Shown: positions 52,893 to 64,000 of the stretch, in pieces
Layout of the letters: each line of letters starts with the position of its first letter
Numbering within the stretch: position 1 is the stretch's first letter
NCBI RefSeq assembly: GCF_964204865.1
Contig: NC_135263.1
Location: 9,486,001 to 9,550,000, forward strand
Source: Styela clava
Lineage: Eukaryota
Reading direction: 5' to 3'
Length of the DNA stretch: 64,000 bases
The notes under the pieces: model-generated
Seen by the model: the letters and a program-made list of their open reading frames with translations, nothing else
The model's database searches: none
Told to the model about the DNA's origin: nothing
Made by a program: the position numbers and the translations under genes

Positions 52893-54055
52893 ATCAGACC
52901 TCAGTGATGATAATTATTAAAATTCACGTTGGTTCCTAATCCAAACCGATATCACCTTAACTTATCAATGTGAATAGTGAAACGGAAATTCGCGAGAGCG
53001 TATATCCAAACGCAGAGCACATGTGAGCAATGGGCATAAACAAATTGTATTGAGATTAGTACGACACGTAATTATTTAGTGTTCACTTATATATTTAATC
53101 AAAGAAAATAAGTGAGATTAGCAGAGAGAGACAGATATTTATTATTTGTCAATCGGAATAAAACAGTTATAATAATAAATCAACGAGTTGTTATAGTAAT
53201 CATATAAAATAATTAAAAAATTATTCATCAAAATTGCGCAATCCGAAAGTAGTTAGGATAGGATTTACTTATTTATTTAGTTGGATTAAAGTTGGATGCA
53301 TAAAACGGGGCTTGACCTCACTCATTGAGTTAATACAGTATATTAATCTTTTTTGATAGCGTTTTAGATTGTTCTATTGTCAATGTACGATAAACCCTAG
53401 CTTTATTTCATGTCAGCAACGCTATCATTAGTAAAACGGTGTATTTCAAATATGACGTCATACTTTCGTAATCAACATCACAAATCGCCCAATGGGAACA
53501 CCACCATTGCGGAAAGTCTTTCACAGGATGACAAGCCTTTCCGAACAAGTACCTTGAACAACGACGGTGGGTTTTTTACTTGTAGTTGTAGCCTATGTGT
53601 TCGTGAAGCCACTGCTATTTCTTAGTGCGCTGTGGCACTCACAAAACACGTTTCATCCGAATAAGAGGGATTACGGTTGAATATATTATATTGATTAATA
53701 TCTTATTTATTAATAAAAATTCCACTTTGAGGCTGTATATTACCGTATTATTAGCCAAAGAATTGAATAATGATAGCAAACCGAAATGTGCTTCAATTTT
53801 GTATTTGACTAGTACAAACTTGGGCACTTGAAAGATAATTTGTGATGTAGCTTGTACTGTTCTATCTGTGCACTCTTTAGGAAATGATTTTACGATATCC
53901 ACCTGCTTAATTGTGGCATTTTCAGATATTTATGTCCCAATCGGCAATCTGGGATGGGTTCAAATAACTAACATGAGAAAGTTCTTTTTAAAATAATGGC
54001 TCATATGTCATTATACTCTAGATTAAATTATTGCAAAGCTTTTATTAAATATAAA

Positions 54056-55042
54056 ATGAATCCGGTCATTGATGTCAAATCTGAAGCAGACTTTCAACAG
54101 GCCATCAAAAATGCAAAAAAAGAACTAGTAGTTGTGCATTTCTGGGCACCGTGGGCAACACAATGTGAACAAATGAATCTGGCCATGGAAGAACTGGCAA
54201 AGCAGTTTGTAAGAGTTCACTTAATCAGATTGGAAGCGGAGGAAATACCTGAAGTATCACAACATTTTGAAATTGTTGCTGTACCGACTTTCATTTTTAT
54301 AAAAAATGGACAGAAAATTGACCGATTGGATGGTGCCCATGTTCCAGAGCTTGAAAAAATGATCAAGAAAAATCTGGATGCCATCGCACCAATCACCGAC
54401 TCAATACAAACTAGCAAAGAGATGCTTGATAATAAATTAAAACGACTTATCAACTCAGCTCCTTGCATTTTATTTATGAAAGGATCTCCAGAAACACCCA
54501 GATGTGGATTCAGCAAACAAACTATTGCTTTATTGCAAAAATACAGCGCAGAGTTCAGTACTTTTGACATATTAGAAGCACCCGATGTTCGACAAGGTCT
54601 GAAAGAGTATTCTAACTGGCCGACGTATCCTCAACTGTACATCAACGGCAAACTCATTGGCGGCTTGGACATACTTAAAGAAATGGATGAAGAAGATGAG
54701 CTTGATGAAATGTTACCAAAACCAACTACAAAAGAGAGCTTGGAAGATCGACTTAAAAAATTAATAAACCAAGACAAAATTATGCTTTTTATGAAAGGAG
54801 AACCAGATGCTCCCAGGTGTGGATTTAGTAAAAAGATTGTTGAAATTTTGAAAGAGATTGGAACCAAATTCGGGCACTTTGATATACTCACAGATGATGA
54901 AGTAAGGCAGGGTTTGAAGACTTTTTCTAAATGGCCAACATATCCCCAAATTTATGTTAAAGGAGAACTTCTTGGCGGACTAGATATTATTCGCGATATG
55001 CAAGAAGATGGAGAATTAGAAGATGCATTGAAGACAGACTAA
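54056..55042 (+). CDS. GLRX3: Glutaredoxin-3 (PICOT): thioredoxin-like domain + two monothiol CGFS Grx domains
   Basis: VVHFWAPWATQC, two PRCGFS motifs and two WPTYPQ motifs. Intronless, with the likely start MNPVIDV at 54056. Confidence 0.95.
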   Translation: MNPVIDVKSEADFQQAIKNAKKELVVVHFWAPWATQCEQMNLAMEELAKQFVRVHLIRLEAEEIPEVSQHFEIVAVPTFIFIKNGQKIDRLDGAHVPELEKMIKKNLDAIAPITDSIQTSKEMLDNKLKRLINSAPCILFMKGSPETPRCGFSKQTIALLQKYSAEFSTFDILEAPDVRQGLKEYSNWPTYPQLYINGKLIGGLDILKEMDEEDELDEMLPKPTTKESLEDRLKKLINQDKIMLFMKGEPDAPRCGFSKKIVEILKEIGTKFGHFDILTDDEVRQGLKTFSKWPTYPQIYVKGELLGGLDIIRDMQEDGELEDALKTD

Positions 55043-55643
55043 AATATGTTCACTGTTATTTTTCATAACGTGCCCTTTGAAGAAACTTGATGTAGGCCTG
55101 TATATCTTCTAATTCTCTTGTCCCCCTCCCCTGTTGTGATTGATAACACCAAAAATTTGGCTCGCTAAAAAAGGAATTCTTGACAGCTCCACTTGGGCAC
55201 ACACTAGGGTTTCATTTCAAGACGTCGCTACCCAAAATGGTAAATGCTTTTAATGCGTCTTACAATATGTGTAAAAATATGAATAGTTTATTGCATGTGA
55301 AATAAAGTTTTTTTCAGTTCCAGTATTTCAACATGATACAAATAGTGACTAGCTAATGTCAGTTGGGGCAGGGTGAATATATTTCCATGAGTAAATCATT
55401 ATTTATACGCTTATTACTATTTAAAAACACAGCAAATGAGGGCTTTTTCGGTCTGAGAGATCAATAAAAATGATGAATCTTCTCTGTCGTCTGGAGTTAT
55501 AAATCTGACATGTGCAAATTGATAACAGTTCAAACATTAAAATATTACTAGCATGATACTGAGTAACAACAGATCGGACAGACAACACAAGAATACAGAA
55601 TCAAAATAAAACCAAAAGTAGCCGCACTGGTTTTGATACAGCA

Positions 55644-57707
55644 TCATATCAAACCTTTGCGCTTCTTATAGTCCTCTAAATTCAATGACCGTTTTGGAAT
55701 GGATACTGACGAGGATAAACTCATGGCCTTCGGTGCTGCAAGAGGGTGAACATCTGAATTTGAAATTTGCAAATCAATTTTGATGTCAAAATTATGAGCA
55801 TCAAACAGACTTGCATCAGTTTTTGAAGTGCCTTCATCCGATTTTTCTTTGTTTCCTCCCCGTTTTGGAGCTTCGTATGACTTGTCAACACCACCGCCGT
55901 ATCTCCGTTCCATTTCCTTTATTAGGCGTTGAGTTTGATCTGAGTCCTCTGCGTTTGAAACTAGCACTGGTTTACAGCGACGTCTGGTGAAAGGATCAGC
56001 TGTCTTTGTGCGAATATTTTTCCATTCTTCTATACAGGCTTTCTCCTTTTCAAGATTAGAACTCTTGATCCTTTCATTAATGTATGTAATACCTGCAATA
56101 TTTTCTTGTCTTTTTTTATCAAGACTTTTAGCCCTATCTTCCAATTCTTCAAGTTCTTGTCCGACCTTAGCTTGTTCTTCTTGATCTCCTGTTTGTTCAG
56201 CCATCTCTCGATGCTTGAGCAAAAGAGTTTTCTGCATTGCATAATTTGTTGGATTTCGTTGAAATCTTTTCTTTTCCTTGATCATGCCATCAATATCTTT
56301 TTCTTGTATATTGTATTTCAATGCTTTCTGAATTTTTCCCAAACGGCTTTTCACTTCATCCAAAGTTGGCAGCTGCAATCCGGCAAGTCTCATAGTCTCT
56401 TTCCATTTAAAAAATTCATTTTCGGTAAAATCAGAATTTGAGACAAACTCAAGTCGAAACACTCTTTCTTGTTGGCCATGTCTGAGTCTAAGACCTCTAT
56501 TGGTTCTCAGTTTATCTAGCTGATAGACTTTGGCAGTTTCTACAACATCCATTATCTCAGCAACCCTGTATACAGGACGGCCGTTGTTGTTTCCAATGCC
56601 AATTCTTACAAAACAACCTGCGATGGTTTCTTTAAAAAAAGGTAATAAGAGCCATCGGCCCAGTTTGTATCTAGAAAGTCTGATTTTTTGAAGCTCCGCA
56701 ACAGACTCAATTTCTTGTGATCCTTTTGACTGCCGCTCAACATCTGAACTTGGTGATCTCCCACGACTACTTCCTTCACTGTCACTTAATGATGTGTCAG
56801 AGTCACTAGATGAGCCCAACGCTGTAGTCCGAGGTTTCGATGTTGATTCATCTTTAATATCATCATCATCTTCCTCATCATCAGTATATACTTCACTCAA
56901 TTTTAACTTTCTCTTCTTTGCGATTTCCTCTGCTCTAAGTTTTTTCCGTTCTCTTTCAGCTTTGAAACTTTCCAAAGTTTTTCTTTCCTTTTTATCCTCC
57001 ATCTTTTGACGACGATCACTTCGCATTGCGGCAAATGGGTCGTTACTGCTCTTAGATTCCTTCTTTTTTTCCACACTACCGCTCTTCTTTTTGGTCAATT
57101 TTTTCTTCTTCAATTTCCCATCTTGTAGCTTTGCAAGTCTTAATTTTTTCTCAATTTCGAATCGTTTCTGCAAAGCTTCACGTCTTTCAAGTCTGTTATA
57201 TAACTCTTGTTCTCTTTCTTTTTCAGTCATATTTTCGAGTGCTCTGCGGTCATCATCATCCCCAACCAATTCTTCATCATAGCCATCATCAAACTGTTTT
57301 CTCAGTTCTTCCTCGTCAAATTCACCAGAGGATCCACCACTCGATTCTGCACCACTTGAGCTGATTTCTCCCTCTTCCGGAGAGTTATCCGCAGCATTTG
57401 CATCACTATCATCTCCAGAATTTGACTCATCAGAAACCACTTTACCTTTTTCTTTCTTGCTACCTTTAGTTTTTGTTTTCTTCTTTGTTTTGGATTTTTT
57501 TGAACGCGCACTGACAGTCCATTCGTCATCATTATCAGATGTATCAGAACTATCACTCGAAGATGACATTTTTTTGGCTGGTGAGTCCTGTTGCGGCCCA
57601 CTGCTGCTACTTCCTTTTCGTTGCCTCTTGGCAGCTACTGGATCACTGCTGATTTCACCATCACTTTCGTCACTGTCTGAAACAATATTCTTTCGACGTT
57701 TTGACAT
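55644..57707 (-). CDS. RTF1: RNA polymerase-associated protein RTF1 (PAF1 complex, Plus3 domain)
   Basis: [22 protein letters not shown] (HMD), Plus3 [42 protein letters not shown] and C-terminal [14 protein letters not shown]. Intronless, with the likely start MSKRRK after an acceptor near 57744. Confidence 0.95.
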   Translation of the reverse strand: MSKRRKNIVSDSDESDGEISSDPVAAKRQRKGSSSSGPQQDSPAKKMSSSSDSSDTSDNDDEWTVSARSKKSKTKKKTKTKGSKKEKGKVVSDESNSGDDSDANAADNSPEEGEISSSGAESSGGSSGEFDEEELRKQFDDGYDEELVGDDDDRRALENMTEKEREQELYNRLERREALQKRFEIEKKLRLAKLQDGKLKKKKLTKKKSGSVEKKKESKSSNDPFAAMRSDRRQKMEDKKERKTLESFKAERERKKLRAEEIAKKRKLKLSEVYTDDEEDDDDIKDESTSKPRTTALGSSSDSDTSLSDSEGSSRGRSPSSDVERQSKGSQEIESVAELQKIRLSRYKLGRWLLLPFFKETIAGCFVRIGIGNNNGRPVYRVAEIMDVVETAKVYQLDKLRTNRGLRLRHGQQERVFRLEFVSNSDFTENEFFKWKETMRLAGLQLPTLDEVKSRLGKIQKALKYNIQEKDIDGMIKEKKRFQRNPTNYAMQKTLLLKHREMAEQTGDQEEQAKVGQELEELEDRAKSLDKKRQENIAGITYINERIKSSNLEKEKACIEEWKNIRTKTADPFTRRRCKPVLVSNAEDSDQTQRLIKEMERRYGGGVDKSYEAPKRGGNKEKSDEGTSKTDASLFDAHNFDIKIDLQISNSDVHPLAAPKAMSLSSSVSIPKRSLNLEDYKKRKGLI

Positions 57708-58188
57708 GATAATATCACAATTGAACTTTTTAGTAACTAATTTCTGAAGTAAAAATGAATTATTAATTAACTGAGGTTTAATGGGCCAGTATTTCATTCA
57801 GTACATTGATAATCGGCATCATCAATTCAGTCGCTATTAATTCTGTAATTATGCGCCTAGTCGGATGGTACCGGTATCAATTTTTTGGAACCTACAGCAC
57901 CAGCAGATTATAATATCGCGTAACCTAGTCCCCTGCAGCCTGTCTGAGCAACTCCACAACCTGAAACAAAACTCGATTCTCTGATCACCACAATAAAACT
58001 AACTGCTCCGGGCAAGCAAGGTCACAAATATCGGTACCGGTACCACCCGCCCAATCAGTCTGAACTTAACGAAACTTCCCCGCGAGATGGACAACACTAA
58101 AAGGCTGAAGGAAGAAACGGATGAAGTGGAGGAAAAACGGAAGTTGAAGTGTTCCCAAGGGTGAAAAATTGAAAAACACTAAAAGGCT

Positions 58189-60440
58189 GAACACTAAAAG
58201 GAAGAAGTGGATGAAATTTATTCCCACGAATAATGATGTGGTTGAAGTCACTAAAAAGCTGAACACTAAAAGGAAGAAGTTGATGAAATTTCTTCCGACG
58301 AATAATGAGGTGGTTGAAGTCACTAAAAAGCTGAACACTAAAAGGAAGAAGTTGATGAAATTTCTTCCGACGAATAATGAGGTGGTTGAAGTCACTAAAA
58401 AGCTGAACACTAAAAGGAAGAAGTTGATGAAATTTCTTCCGACGAATAATGAGGTGGTTGAAGTCACTAAAAAGCTGAACACTAAAAGGAAGAAGTGGAT
58501 GAAATTTTTTCCGACGAAAAATGAGGTAGTTGAAGTCACTTATAATCTGAACACTAAAAGGAAGGAGTGGATGAAATTTCTTCTGACGAAAAATTAGGTA
58601 GTTGAAGTCACTAAAAAGCTGAACACTAAAAGGAAGAAGTGGATGAAATTTTTTCCGACGAATAATGAGGTGGTTGAAGCCACTAAAAATCTGAACACAA
58701 AAAGGAAGAAGTGGATGAAATTTTTTCCGACGAAAAATGAGGTAGTTGAAGTCACTAAAAAGCTGAACACTAAAAGGAAGAAGTGGATGAAATTTCTTCC
58801 GACGAATATTGAGGTGGTTGAAGTCACTAAAAAGATGAACACTAAAAGGAAGAAGTGGATGAAATTTCTTCCGACGAATAGTGAGGTGGGTGAAATCACT
58901 AAAAAACTGAACACTAAAAGGAAGAAGTGGATGAAATTTCTTCCGACGAATAATGAGGTGGTTGAAGTCACTAAAAAGCTGAACACTAAAAGGAAGAAGT
59001 GGATGGAATTTCTTCCGACGAATAATGAGGTGGTTGAAGTCACTAAAAAGCTGAACACTAAAAGGAAGAAGTGGATGAAATTTCTTCCGACGAATAATGA
59101 GGTGGTTGAAGTCACTAAAAAGCTGAACACTAAAAGGAAGAAGTGGATGAAATTTCTTCCGACGAATAATGAGGTGGGTGAAGTCACTAAAAAGCTGAAA
59201 ACTAAAAGGAAGAAATGGATGAAATTTCTTCCGACGAATAATGAGGTGGGTGAAGTCACTAAAAAGCTGAACACTAAAAGGAAGAAGTGGATGAAATTTT
59301 TTCCGACGAAAAATGAGGTAGTTGAAGTCACTTATAATCTGAACACTAAAAGGAAGGAGTGGATGAAATTTCTTCTGACGAAAAATTAGGTAGTTGAAGT
59401 CACTAAAAAGCTGAACACTAAAAGGAAGAAGTGGATGAAATTTTTTCCGACGAATAATGAGGTGGTTGAAGCCACTAAAAATCTGAACACAAAAAGGAAG
59501 AAGTGGATGAAATTTTTTCCGACGAAAAATGAGGTAGTTGAAGTCACTAAAAAGCTGAACACTAAAAGGAAGAAGTGGATGAAATTTCTTCCGACGAATA
59601 TTGAGGTGGTTGAAGTCACTAAAAAGATGAACACTAAAAGGAAGAAGTGGATGAAATTTCTTCCGACGAATAGTGAGGTGGGTGAAATCACTAAAAAACT
59701 GAACACTAAAAGGAAGAAGTGGATGAAATTTCTTCCGACGAATAATGAGGTGGTTGAAGTCACTAAAAAGCTGAACACTAAAAGGAAGAAGTGGATGGAA
59801 TTTCTTCCGACGAATAATGAGGTGGTTGAAGTCACTAAAAAGCTGAACACTAAAAGGAAGAAGTGGATGAAATTTCTTCCGACGAATAATGAGGTGGTTG
59901 AAGTCACTAAAAAGCTGAACACTAAAAGGAAGAAGTGGATGAAATTTCTTCCGACGAATAATGAGGTGGGTGAAGTCACTAAAAAGCTGAAAACTAAAAG
60001 GAAGAAATGGATGAAATTTCTTCCGACGAATAATGAGGTGGGTGAAGTCACTAAAAAGCTGAACACTAAAAGGAAGAAGTGGATGAAATTTCTTCCGACG
60101 AATAATGAGGTGGGTGAAGTCACTAAAAAGCTGAAAACTAAAAGGAAGAAATGGATGAAATTTCTTCCGACGAATAATGAGGTGGGTGAAGTCACTAAAA
60201 AGCTGAAAACTAAAAGGAAGAAGTGGATGAAATTTCTTCCGACAAATAATGAGGTGGGTGAAGTCACTAAAAAGCTGAACACTAAAAGGAAGAAATGGAT
60301 GAAATTTCTTCCGACGAATAATGAGGTGGGTGAAGTCACTAAAAAGCTGAACGCTAAAAGGAAGAAATGGATGAAATTTTTTCCGACGAATAATGAGGTG
60401 GCGGAGGTCACTGAAAAGCTAAACACTATAAGGAAGAAGT
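58189..60440 (+). repeat. 72-bp tandem array, ~31 copies (left arm), with a 792-bp (11-unit) higher-order duplication
   Basis: Unit GAACACTAAAAGGAAGAAGTGGATGAAATTTCTTCCGACGAATAATGAGGTGGTTGAAGTCACTAAAAAGCT. The variant pattern starting at 58643 recurs at 59435. Confidence 0.95.
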
Positions 60441-61088
60441 ACGTTAGGGTTAGATGATATTTTGTCCTATCGATTTTGAGGCGGTTGAAGCCACTAAAAT
60501 ACCGAAAATTAGGAGAGTTAAATAGCCAAAACATATCCCGACGGAAGTGAGATTGGATGAAGACCCTGACAGCGGACTGATGAGTAGGCATGCCACTTTT
60601 AAATTTATGAATTGAATCGATTCAAATCGCAATTTTTTTCGAATCTGATTTACGCGATTCGAAAGAAAGAGAGCCGTTTAGCGAAGAAAAACAAACACTC
60701 CAAATAACATCGATTGCCAGACGGGAATGTAAATGAATTTTTCGTTATTTACTTTTATTGATCTGCCTTCATTCATTTTCATGTTCAGCGCAACACACCC
60801 TGATCATCACTCGAGATGCTGACGTGCTGTGTGGGTAATTAATTTCCTTCAATCTGTCAGTTGAGTATTCCACTGAATGACCTAAGTTTCTATCACACGC
60901 AAATTTAAATGGATCGTATACCCGAAAGTTCGTTGCAATTTTGTTAAAAATATGCAACAGCACACCTTCTCTGCGACTAAGTTATGGTACGCTTTGACAT
61001 GAATTGATAAACGATCAGATACCGACTTCTAGAAAACATTTAATTTTGATTGAAATTTAATTTAAACTCCGTTGAAATTGAAATATTG

Positions 61089-61147
61089 GTACTACTGAAG
61101 TACGCGCACCAAGATGTCGCACAACCTGATCCCTAACCTCGTACACC
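61089..61147. mobile_element. Half copy of MITE family A, truncated by a hAT-type end (CAGTGATTTTCAACC at 61148)
   Basis: CTGAAGTACGCGCACCAAGATGTCGCACAACCTGATCCCTAACCTCGTACAC followed by CAGTG. Confidence 0.65.
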
Positions 61148-62194
61148 AGTGATTTTCAACCTTTTCTGTATCGCGGAACACTTATTTTATTCTAAAATTG
61201 TGACGGAATACCAAATGAGATTTTTGGAAATAAACTATATTATGCAATTAACTGACATCGATCATTTCGGAATAAAATAAATTAACGAAATTAATAATAG
61301 CTTGTCAATTTCAGCTGGAAAAGACGTTACACATATTCCGATTCAGAGCTAGGAACAGAAATGGTATTTTAATGTAATATCTGGGCCTGTTTCGATAAGT
61401 TTCAATATTTTATTCTGGCTGGAATTAAATTTAGAGAGACAAACACGCAGCTCTTTCTCGGTGACTCTCAATTTTCCGTGTTTTTTATACTCTTATGGCG
61501 GCCAAGAAAAGGGTGCGCAAAATCGAATATTTTTTTCGAATCAAATGATTCGAATATTCTTAACAAATACCGAATAGTCCAATACCGAATATTTTTTATA
61601 CGCAGCATGTCCAGAACGTCGCCGCCATGGATCGCCGTTGTATTTTGTAAATACGAAAATAGGTATCAAAAATTAATAATAATCGCGCAGTTAACCACAC
61701 ATCTATGTACATAGATTGCCGTGGTATTGTGCCCGAATATAATTAATTTTTGATTCCGTATTTCATTCCTTGAACTTAATATCTGTTTTTATAAATTTTG
61801 CAAGCAGTTCACGCACGAAGGCTTTGAATAATGATGTATTAGTCAAATCGAAGTCCTGTTAGACCACTGGTTCTCAACCAATGGGCCATGGGCCACTGGT
61901 AAGCCTCAGAGGCATTTTGAGGTGGGCCACAAACATATTATAAATTACAAGGTTTGCTGATTGGAAAAATTGATTTGATAACAAAATCAGCTTCACGCGT
62001 CTTGAAAAACAAGATATCTATTTGCAAAACATGCCTCGCCGTAACCACCCATTGTGGCGCAACATACCCATTATACGGCAGGAACAGCTAGATATGAATA
62101 TATATATATATATATTGTCACATAAATACGAACAAAACAAACATTAAATTATCCAATTCCTAATATATTGAATTTTCAAGTATTCCTCATCCTC

Positions 62195-62815
62195 ACTATC
62201 CGTCGGAAGAAATTTCATCCACTTCTTCCTTTTACTGTTCAGCTTTTTAGTGACTTCAAACACCTCATTATTCGTCGGAAGAAATTTCATCCACTTCTTC
62301 CTTTTACTGTTCATCTTTTTAGTGACTTCAAACACCGTATTATTCGTCGGAAGAAACTTCATTCACTTCTTCCTTTTAGTATACAGTTTTTAGTGACTTC
62401 AACCACCTCATTATTCGTCGGAAATTTTTTTATCCACTTCTCCCATTTAGTGTTCAGCTTTCTAGTGACTTCAACCACCTCATTATTCGTCGGAAGAAAT
62501 TTCATCTACTTCTTCCTTTTAGTGTTCATCTTTTCAGTGACTTCAACCACCTCATTATTCGTCGGAATAAATTTCATCCACTTCTTCCTTTTAGTTTTCA
62601 GCTGTTTAGTGACTTCAACCACCTCATTATTCGTCGGAAGAAATTTCATCCACTTCTCCCTTTTAGTGTTTAGCTTTTTAGTGACTTCAACCACCTCATT
62701 ATTCGTCGGAAAAAATTTCCTCCACCTCTTCCTTTCAGTGTTCAGCTTTTTAGTGACTTCAGCCACCTAACTACCCGTCGGAAGAAATTTCATCCACTTC
62801 TTACTTTTAGTGTTC
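62195..62815 (-). repeat. 72-bp tandem array, ~8-9 copies (right arm, inverted)
   Basis: Reverse complement of the same unit, somewhat more diverged. Confidence 0.93.
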
Positions 62816-64000
62816 AGCCTTTTAGTGTTTTTCAATTTTTCACCTTTGGGAACACTTCAACTTCCGTTTTCCCTCCACTTCATCCGTTTCTTCCTTCAGC
62901 CTTTTAGTGTTGTCCCCGCGAGATACTGTCATCAGTATTCAGTATATCACTTGTATACCTTATTCATTCAAAACCCATCCTACGCGCGAAAAATAAAAAG
63001 GACATAAACAAAACGATTTTAACATTAGCTCTTATGAGGATTGTGGTCACCAGAGCAGAAATTTGCATTTTATGTAGTTTTCTAGTTATCTTTCATTGTA
63101 GACTTGTGCAGTTTCGAAGATGAAATATTTTTCGTATCTTTTTTGATCTTTTTATAATGATGAACATAGTCGAGATTTTCGATAATCGTTCATTAAAATT
63201 TTAACGGGCGTGATTCCCAGACTTGACTTCAAATCTTTTCATGATGAATAGATTTTTATGGTTTTCCTCTAATTGAACCATTTTCCCCACCTCAATTACC
63301 ACATGTTTGAATTCCCGAGCAGACTTCCTCTGATTTGTTATCAGCTGTTAATTTACTGCTTTACTTGTTAGATGGTCCTCTTAGTAAAAAAACTAGAAAA
63401 AAAACAGTAACTTAACAATGCTTAAATGCTGGACCTGCTGGAACTTAGACCCCAACTACCAAGTTTTGGCCATTTTTAACCGAATCCAAAATATCCCTAA
63501 AATAGTCAACCCTCCCTTCAAGGAGAATCTTTTTTTACTTGGTAATTGTTCAAATACCTTAATAAACTGTAAATCTTGATAGCGAAAATGGCCCCTCTGT
63601 CAAAATCAGCGTTGAAAATTTTTTATGATAACAAGGGTCGGGGAAACGTCCATAGAACAAGAGAGCAACGCTCAAATATATGAACACGTGGACGAGAGCG
63701 AAGCAGTCTTTACCTTTGACAATGTAATGTGCAATGTATATGTGCGTAAAAATGAGTCAGCTAACAGTCTAAAAATTTTGAGCGAGGATGATTTGGATAG
63801 AATCCGATGAATCTTTTGTATGATAACTTTGCTTATAATTATGAGGTCATGTGTAATTTTCTTATACTAATGTAACTATGTCAATTGTTAAAAAATGTGT
63901 AAAGTTTGCCATACTTACGTCACAGATAAAACTAGTTATATTTCCTGCAATATATGCCATGAATGAATGGGTTCACTTTACATGCTCTAAGCTAAGTTTG

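Larger units (their letters stand above)
58089..62915. mobile_element. Foldback-type (Mutator-like) non-autonomous transposon, 4.8 kb, with long modular inverted arms
   Basis: Termini GGACAACACTAAAAGGCTG / CAGCCTTTTAGTGTTGTCC and a perfect 9-bp TSD CCGCGAGAT (58080-58088 and 62916-62924). Each arm is a ~100-bp leader followed by 72-bp tandem units. Confidence 0.88.

Noticed and set aside
15505-55042. Functional redox/metal gene cluster (SLC23 + PCS + GLRX3)
   Set aside because: GLRX3 is more than 20 kb away among unrelated housekeeping genes, and the sequence gives no evidence of co-regulation. Probably coincidental.
58189-60440. CRISPR-like array
   Set aside because: The units are contiguous near-identical 72-mers with no unique spacers, there are no cas genes, and the context is eukaryotic.
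58066-62770. Long ORFs (142-401 aa) in the tandem arrays as real genes
   Set aside because: They arise from a stop-free 72-bp unit inside a TSD-bounded transposon, with no signal peptide or domain evidence.
1672-63810. Numerous 60-150 aa ORFs in the ORF track
   Set aside because: They are antisense shadows of real exons, MITE palindromes or random AT-rich ORFs without recognisable motifs.

Overview
AT-rich, intron-containing animal genomic DNA, most likely an invertebrate chordate such as an ascidian (inferred from gene style, not proven). From left to right: (1) a minus-strand classical calpain (CysPc, CBSW and penta-EF domains; runs off the left edge) whose catalytic Cys is replaced by Thr and which has a U12-type intron; (2) a minus-strand 11-exon SLC23/NAT nucleobase-ascorbate transporter with a non-canonical NAT motif; (3) a nested hAT/MITE block; (4) two tandem intronless phytochelatin synthase genes, one half-size with catalytic Cys->Ser and one full-length with an intact triad; (5) a decayed DNA-transposon remnant; (6) a recently inserted Gypsy-type LTR retrotransposon with ~132-bp LTRs, no tRNA-type PBS, and an 11-12 nt PBS complementary to its own LTR (a Tf1-like self-priming signature); (7) a compact housekeeping cluster of PRPF31, ASCC1, MRTO4, GLRX3 and RTF1, three with intronless CDS; (8) a 4.8-kb Foldback-type element with a 9-bp TSD and arms built from a 72-bp tandem repeat, inserted just upstream of RTF1. 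Exon boundaries were read by eye from GT/AG sites and protein motifs, and no database searches were run.
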